From Promethearchaeia archaeon (GTDB lineage: Archaea; Asgardarchaeota; Lokiarchaeia; Sigyniarchaeales; SOKP01): a stretch of DNA of 64,000 bases. The notes beneath the pieces were generated by a model. The model had not been told where the DNA came from, ran no database searches, and saw only the letters and a list, made by a program, of their open reading frames with translations. The translations under genes and the position numbers were made by a program. Where the stretch lies: NCBI GenBank assembly GCA_029856045.1, contig JAHQWG010000035.1, forward strand, positions 32,001-96,000. Direction: 5' to 3'. Shown here in pieces: positions 59,701 to 64,000 of this stretch (position 1 is the first letter of the stretch; each line of letters starts with the position of its first letter).

Positions 59701-60650
59701 AATATATGAAAGAATTTGGGTATAATTTTCAAAAAACCGAAGAGCAAATCTTGAATTCAATTGAAAAAACAATATTTGAAAAAGATTTTCAACAATATCT
59801 CTTTCTTTTAGACGATATTATTAATTTTCTTAGAGCCTTAAATCGAATAGACACAATTGGTAATATTTATGAGTTTAAAATCAAAGAACAACTTTTTAAG
59901 TTTATACATAAAAAATTAGTAGCTAAAGACTACAAGAGAAAACAAATTAGTAAAATTAGAGATGATTTGTTCAATGTATTAATTTCCCATCAATATTTGG
60001 TTGAAAATCACCCAAGAGAAGCTGGAGGCTCTCAATCGATGAGAACATCATATTCTGTAGGACATCAATTTGTGAAAGCATTGGATGATCATTATGATTC
60101 AAAAAAAAAAATCAATGATCAGGTTGATTTACAGCTTATCGAGAAGAGAAAGATTAATGTAAATGAAATTATCCCTAAAAAGGAAGAGATTTTCGAATAT
60201 TTCGTTCCACCAGATAGTGATCAGAATAAGCAACAAGTGATAATAAAAACCAAAAAAAAGATTAGTAATTCAAAAAATATATTGGCAAGTCTTATAGGAG
60301 CACTTTTAGTCAATGGAACTATAAGGGCTGGTAAAGAATTAAGAAGAAATCAATACAAAGATACAATCTTAAAAGTGAGAGATGTTTTATCTAAATTTTT
60401 ATATAAATTATATGATTTTAAATTTGATGAAAAAAGCAATGCAAAAATCCACAGTGATGTACTATTAGAAGCGGTAGATTTTATTGCTGAATCTAATATC
60501 ATTCCTTTCAATAGGCAAGAATTATATGATATTCTCAAAATGATTAATATTATTAAAATTAAAAGTGGAGAGTTAGAAAATACTGCAAAAAATCATTATG
60601 AAATGCTTTATGATTTTACACAAAAAATTTTGATAGGGGTCATGGATTAG
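56793..60650 (+). CDS. Membrane-anchored VirB4/HerA/FtsK-like pseudo-ATPase
   Basis: NLIISGGTHRQRE...IPSIIFDFNGKY, VIIDLS, LLVMPNVE and KEKGFGFMFLVN follow the HerA/VirB4 motif order but with the catalytic residues lost. Confidence 0.75.
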   Translation: MSKTPTEITTSLSPSEKEDLNRFGAVADINIWNERPAFKDVNKFCIYLKSGFIIGIFLIFTLLLYYCSGALIPSFLFPSLIIFFFVLIFFQDIFYYFPKFRYSGIKRIELFKNCSFRIKDKNSDTLFIFNRKENLVTGIKLFKIDILPETIEGNVYRFLSSLDRTGIPYVYQIIQTSNIQLIKRSSDFSDKKEKMRVRNTLQNSQTSFNISLFLATSYCNMNKIISVALDEIQNSLNRYGKGIISSFIACFPHHHLTELKGLELINGLYTLFFKTEVEPRKDNEKSFKNRNWRSTIIRIVYLFIFISFEAFLLFSVGISVDFNILVNLIVLIGILFIYWREIFSSLTDKFIFRDFLRLNLFNDYKFFMRAGIPDSVFVWNEELKLLIGIKLFAVRNIMTRGYCNPDKFIRAISPFKLSYSYTTIQAALSQFDLEKDYMKYLKSKIIYSMQKYYNNEEKLLKWLSMRAGIWRFMFLISINSYKFTSYISTEIIDNLELELQERFETIHLAFQETYSDYVPLVLRNRRLILGIKVILLKNKFIRRGGTYIPYSLIQGKILKEVNKIMNELKKGIKTQVAVEFNTPLSLKNEILIGNTINTEFFREEIPFGLLFNQINNLIISGGTHRQREDICMKIITELVKNKIPSIIFDFNGKYSRLIEIFSKTQFYRDFYYFKLGQSFNIELLNSGIKNDPKNLEYLDYICEAIGCIKKLNDKEIQTIRDLISKVPMDSKSITMDMEMEDKWKKNKNYNEKYIASVFNDYTQQTRNTISAIGIVEENINSNDFLKDDKTVIIDLSILSPPLNIFAMFVLISRIIHYTQEGKDYIPKLLVMPNVEYFFDKFYLDKFIKPYTIDRFLNPLKEKGFGFMFLVNEVNKLHPTFFDYIQNFMALKTVQPADLMVLKNLLNLQEIQGQGYYTKSRKNTYHIDFLKQLRNNNAIVLRDDIDQPFPVKIDIDSLAAIPIPKYLELSEYMKEFGYNFQKTEEQILNSIEKTIFEKDFQQYLFLLDDIINFLRALNRIDTIGNIYEFKIKEQLFKFIHKKLVAKDYKRKQISKIRDDLFNVLISHQYLVENHPREAGGSQSMRTSYSVGHQFVKALDDHYDSKKKINDQVDLQLIEKRKINVNEIIPKKEEIFEYFVPPDSDQNKQQVIIKTKKKISNSKNILASLIGALLVNGTIRAGKELRRNQYKDTILKVRDVLSKFLYKLYDFKFDEKSNAKIHSDVLLEAVDFIAESNIIPFNRQELYDILKMINIIKIKSGELENTAKNHYEMLYDFTQKILIGVMD

Positions 60651-60744
60651 ATGATCTAATTTTACTACTACTCATAAACGTCAATTAAGGCTACAGAGTC
60701 TAAAAAAAAAGAGATTAATTGAATTTTTATTTTTAAGATTTTTC

Positions 60745-61059
60745 TTATTCTTTTATTTTTTTACCAAGTTTCATTAAAATTGGAAGCAATTTAATCAATT
60801 CCATAGCAGGCGTAGTTTTTATGAATTTAAAAACACCTGGTTTGGCGATTCTCCATACTGCTGTGCCTTGTGCCATTTGTTCTTCGGTATCCGCTTCTGT
60901 TATTGATATGCCCTAAAAATCAGAGGTGCTGATATACCTAGCAATTGTCTTTGTGCCTTCAACTGGATAGAGTTTCTTGTTAAGGATTGTTTGTGCCATC
61001 TCCGATAATTCTGATGGGTCAAAATCTGTATTTAACTCCCAATACGAAATAAATATCAT
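60745..61059 (-). pseudogene. 104-codon gene (DUF3303-like dimeric alpha/beta barrel?) interrupted by an in-frame TAG
   Basis: AGGTGG SD, ATG at 61059, TAG at 60913-60915, and the frame continues 55 codons to TAA. Confidence 0.75.
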
Positions 61060-61340
61060 TCTTTTTTACCACCTTTTGTATTTTAATTGGATTCAATAAA
61101 GGTATAGTTTTCAAAACTATATACCATTTTTTCCTTCTATTTTTGATTATTTATAAATTGCCATTATAAATTATTAATTATTTTAGGAGTATTATCAGTT
61201 ATGGGATGATCTAATTACATTTTAAAAAATTGAGATAAAACCATTAAGTATATTATTATAAATACAAGAAAAGAGTAATTATTGAAAAGAAAATTTCATA
61301 ATAAAAAATCTAAAAAAAAATTTTATTAAAGTGAGAAGTA

Positions 61341-61775
61341 ATGAGAATTAAAAAAAAACAGATGAATAATTATTTCTTAATTACGTTTGGATTAAATCTT
61401 GCCACTATGGTGATGGGAATTCTCTATTTCGTGATTGGACCTGATTTAATATTTGGATTTTTATTTGGTATTATTTTGGTCATCTCATGGCTTCTTGACA
61501 TCGGTTTAGTTTTATTAGATGATTTCAAACTCGCAAAAAACAATGCAACTGGAAAAATTCTTAATCGACTTGGTTATTGTTTTGTTTTTTTCCAGATATT
61601 TGGGGTGTTTTGCATGGTAGGTGGATTATTCCTTTTGAATGCAGATTGGACATCGGCTTTAGTTCACTATTCATTGATATTTATTAGCTTTTTTGGCTTT
61701 TTTCTTTTTGGTAGCATCTTGGCTTACTTGAATATAAAAAAATTAGATATTCCGGAGGCATGGAACTTTGAATAA
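61341..61775 (+). CDS. 4-TM membrane protein
   Basis: Hydrophobic helices; overlaps the hydrolase gene. Confidence 0.7.
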   Translation: MRIKKKQMNNYFLITFGLNLATMVMGILYFVIGPDLIFGFLFGIILVISWLLDIGLVLLDDFKLAKNNATGKILNRLGYCFVFFQIFGVFCMVGGLFLLNADWTSALVHYSLIFISFFGFFLFGSILAYLNIKKLDIPEAWNFE

Positions 61776-63039
61776 ACTCAAGATTTTCAAGCTGTTATTG
61801 GTAATTTTCTGCATCATAATCTTAGTTTGGGGTTGCTTGTGGATATATTTATTATTTGTCGGAGGTAGACAATTACGGGGTGTTATGATATTATTAGAGG
61901 AATTTGTCGCGCAAAGTGCGACTTTGATGGTTGGTCTTTGCGTTTCAGCCACAATTTTATTGTTGAAACTCTTTTCTTCTAAAAGAATTCGTCATCCAAA
62001 ACAATATTATGCTCTCGCTATTATTGGTTTTACAATTGCTGGATTGAATTCTATGTCCTTACTAGCCACCCCATTCACAATATTGCACGCCAATGTTGAA
62101 TTCGATGAAGTTTTTGGGCCTAATTGGGAAAACTCCATCCCTAAAGATGTTAAACAACATTTCCTCCAAACTCCTTATATTCTTCCTACGCATATTCTAA
62201 CAATTCCCGAAAAACCAATTCTTGTAGAAAAAGATGTTTTATTTTATGAAGGAGAAAATATCACGCTATATTTTGATGTATATATACCTGCCCGGCCATC
62301 ATCGGAATTGCCTGGTAATGGAAGTATTATTATTAATCTTCACCCAGGCGCTTGGTGTTCTGGAGGAAAAGGCACATGGAATATGATTTCAACTAGTAAA
62401 TACTTGGCAGGTCAGGGTTATGTTGTATTCGATATTGAATACGGATTGATAGAATGGTTCCATTATTATGCTGCAGCTCCAGATACTCCTGTGCATGTAA
62501 TGGGTAATTTTACCATAGAGGATCAAATCAGACATATAGGAATTTTCACAAAGAGACTTGAAAATGAATTTGCAGCGACTTACGGGGCCAATTTGGATTC
62601 CGTTTATTTTATGGGTAGATCTGCTGGAGCACACCTTGCAGGTGTATCGGGATTGGGATATAATGAAGAATTCCATAATGGTACTTTTAGTTCGAAAATG
62701 AAAGTGAAAGGGATTATACCATTATATACCCCTTCAGCAGCTCCTGATGCATTTTTGAAAGAAGACCAAGAAACAAATCCCGAATTATTTGATGCTTATG
62801 CATTTGAAAAACTCTCTGACCCACAAGATCCACCTGCACTTTTCTTTCAAGGAACTAGTGATGGTCAAGTATCGAGCACAAGTGTTGAAACTTTAGAATC
62901 AGAGATGGAATTGAAAGGGGTTCAATGCTGTCTTTTAATATTCCCATTCGCAGGCCATGCTAATGATTTCGTTTTAAGTACGAACATTGGTCAAGTATGG
63001 GTTTATTATTTAGAACGTTTTCTATATTTAACACAATAA
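61768..63039 (+). CDS. Membrane-anchored alpha/beta hydrolase (esterase/lipase)
   Basis: HPGAW oxyanion motif, GRSAGAHL nucleophile, GTSD and AGH; three N-terminal TM helices. Confidence 0.88.
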   Translation: MNKLKIFKLLLVIFCIIILVWGCLWIYLLFVGGRQLRGVMILLEEFVAQSATLMVGLCVSATILLLKLFSSKRIRHPKQYYALAIIGFTIAGLNSMSLLATPFTILHANVEFDEVFGPNWENSIPKDVKQHFLQTPYILPTHILTIPEKPILVEKDVLFYEGENITLYFDVYIPARPSSELPGNGSIIINLHPGAWCSGGKGTWNMISTSKYLAGQGYVVFDIEYGLIEWFHYYAAAPDTPVHVMGNFTIEDQIRHIGIFTKRLENEFAATYGANLDSVYFMGRSAGAHLAGVSGLGYNEEFHNGTFSSKMKVKGIIPLYTPSAAPDAFLKEDQETNPELFDAYAFEKLSDPQDPPALFFQGTSDGQVSSTSVETLESEMELKGVQCCLLIFPFAGHANDFVLSTNIGQVWVYYLERFLYLTQ

Positions 63040-63301
63040 TTTACTTCGAGATATCTTATATCCACAATGATAAAGAATATGGATTTGAATCAATATAATT
63101 TAAATAACTTCCCTTTTTTTTAATTTCTATTTTTAATATAAATTCATTTTATTATCTGATTAATAACCTAGTTAAAATGGAGGATCTTTCAAAATATATT
63201 GTAAATAATAAATCATTAAGCCGGGAGTCTTTTTTTATTTAAATAGTTACTTTTGAAACTGATGATAACGCATCCCATAATTAAAAATTGATTTTATAAA
63301 A

Positions 63302-63694
63302 ATGGAAGCAGAATCGAGAGCAAACAGAAAATTTGGTTCCATAAACTTCTTTTTGGATGAAGATTTCATCAATACATTTAAGTGGAAGCAACCAAAATGG
63401 GATGAGTTTGAATATCAAATTTTTAAAAGGTATTATGCTCATTATATTGAAGAGGAAGATCGCCTTGAAGAATTTTGGGAAACCTTAAAAAGAGTGATTG
63501 AAGGCTGTTTTGGTATTCAAAAGGAACATTGTATGAATTTAGGAATACCATGGGATGAACAAGACGCTCAAAGATCAAGCCAATTAATGTTCCAAAAAAT
63601 GTGGCATTTTAAATTTCTAGAGCCTGGTAGATATATGCTAAAATTTTCTGAAACTCTTTTAAAATATTCTAACTCAGTTAAGAAATATAGATAA
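63302..63694 (+). pseudogene. N-terminal fragment of a class II (B12-dependent) ribonucleotide reductase
   Basis: FKRYY...EEFWETLKRVIEG...AQRSSQLMFQKMWHFKFLEPGR matches the RTPR/NrdJ N-terminus. The frame ends about 20 aa later. Confidence 0.65.
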
Positions 63695-63733
63695 TAATTT
63701 TAAAAAAAAGTTTATTATTTCAGCGCAATTTGT

Positions 63734-64000
63734 TCAAGTAATTCCTGCACCAAATAATTTCTGAGATTCTAATAATTTATTTTCATACTGTTTTGATTTA
63801 ATCATAGCCCGAAACAATGAAATATCTAATTTTAATTCAAAAATTCCATTTTTACTTACAAAATCATCTAATTTATCTAATAACCAGTTTGATTCGATTA
63901 TTTGATTTTTACTAAGGTAAATGTGTACAATTTCTAACAAGTTTTTTATTCGTTTTATTTGACTTTTTTTGGCTTTCTTCATATCTGTTCTCAAAATTAA
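63734..64000 (-). CDS. Hypothetical protein, 5' end probably outside the window
   Basis: The frame is open to the window edge. Confidence 0.45.
   Translation of the reverse strand, partial: LILRTDMKKAKKSQIKRIKNLLEIVHIYLSKNQIIESNWLLDKLDDFVSKNGIFELKLDISLFRAMIKSKQYENKLLESQKLFGAGIT

Noticed and set aside
47048-60650. Interpretation as an integrated conjugative element or provirus
   Set aside because: No integrase, relaxase, replication or capsid gene, no att repeats or tRNA seen, and the ATPase is inactive.
1666-62676. Many 60-120 aa ORFs antisense to or nested in long genes (e.g. 5123-5482, 15449-15775, 36412-36621, 46317-46679)
   Set aside because: Shadow ORFs of well-supported genes; they have no motifs of their own.
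1-64000. tRNA, rRNA, CRISPR arrays, IS elements
   Set aside because: No cloverleaf-like GC-rich segments, spaced repeats or transposase ORFs were seen by eye. tRNAscan-SE and Infernal would be needed to exclude them formally.

Overview
Low-GC archaeal chromosome segment, most likely from an Asgard archaeon of the Lokiarchaeia type. This is inferred from a eukaryote-like STT3/AglB, an EF-2 with a non-canonical diphthamide loop, an Arf-like small GTPase and a Sec-containing VhuU followed by a eukaryote-style SECIS-like hairpin. Bases 1-38 kb are mostly housekeeping: taw1, EngB, EF-2, CCA enzyme, aIF5B, uvrBA, aglB, truA, thrH/thrC, vhuG-vhuA-vhuU-hdrC-hdrB, rfcS, eno, the csl4-rpoL cluster and EF-1alpha. 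Bases 38-64 kb are accessory. Main results: (1) a translationally coupled operon of four membrane proteins (52.8-60.7 kb) ending in a 1285-aa VirB4/HerA-like protein with all catalytic motifs degenerate, divergent from a SWIM-containing Hel308-like helicase, a TPR protein and a divergent TFB. This is the best candidate for an undescribed system. (2) A selenoprotein gene vhuU missed by the ORF track (25384-25533, in-frame TGA) with a candidate SECIS overlapping its stop codon. (3) Several unannotated small genes and relics: a histidine kinase tail, a GNAT tail, an amber-interrupted gene, an NrdJ N-terminal fragment and a 50-aa ORF. (4) A 29-bp direct repeat bracketing thrH-thrC. I saw no rRNA, tRNA, CRISPR array or transposase. 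All family assignments come from motif recognition by eye, not from database searches.
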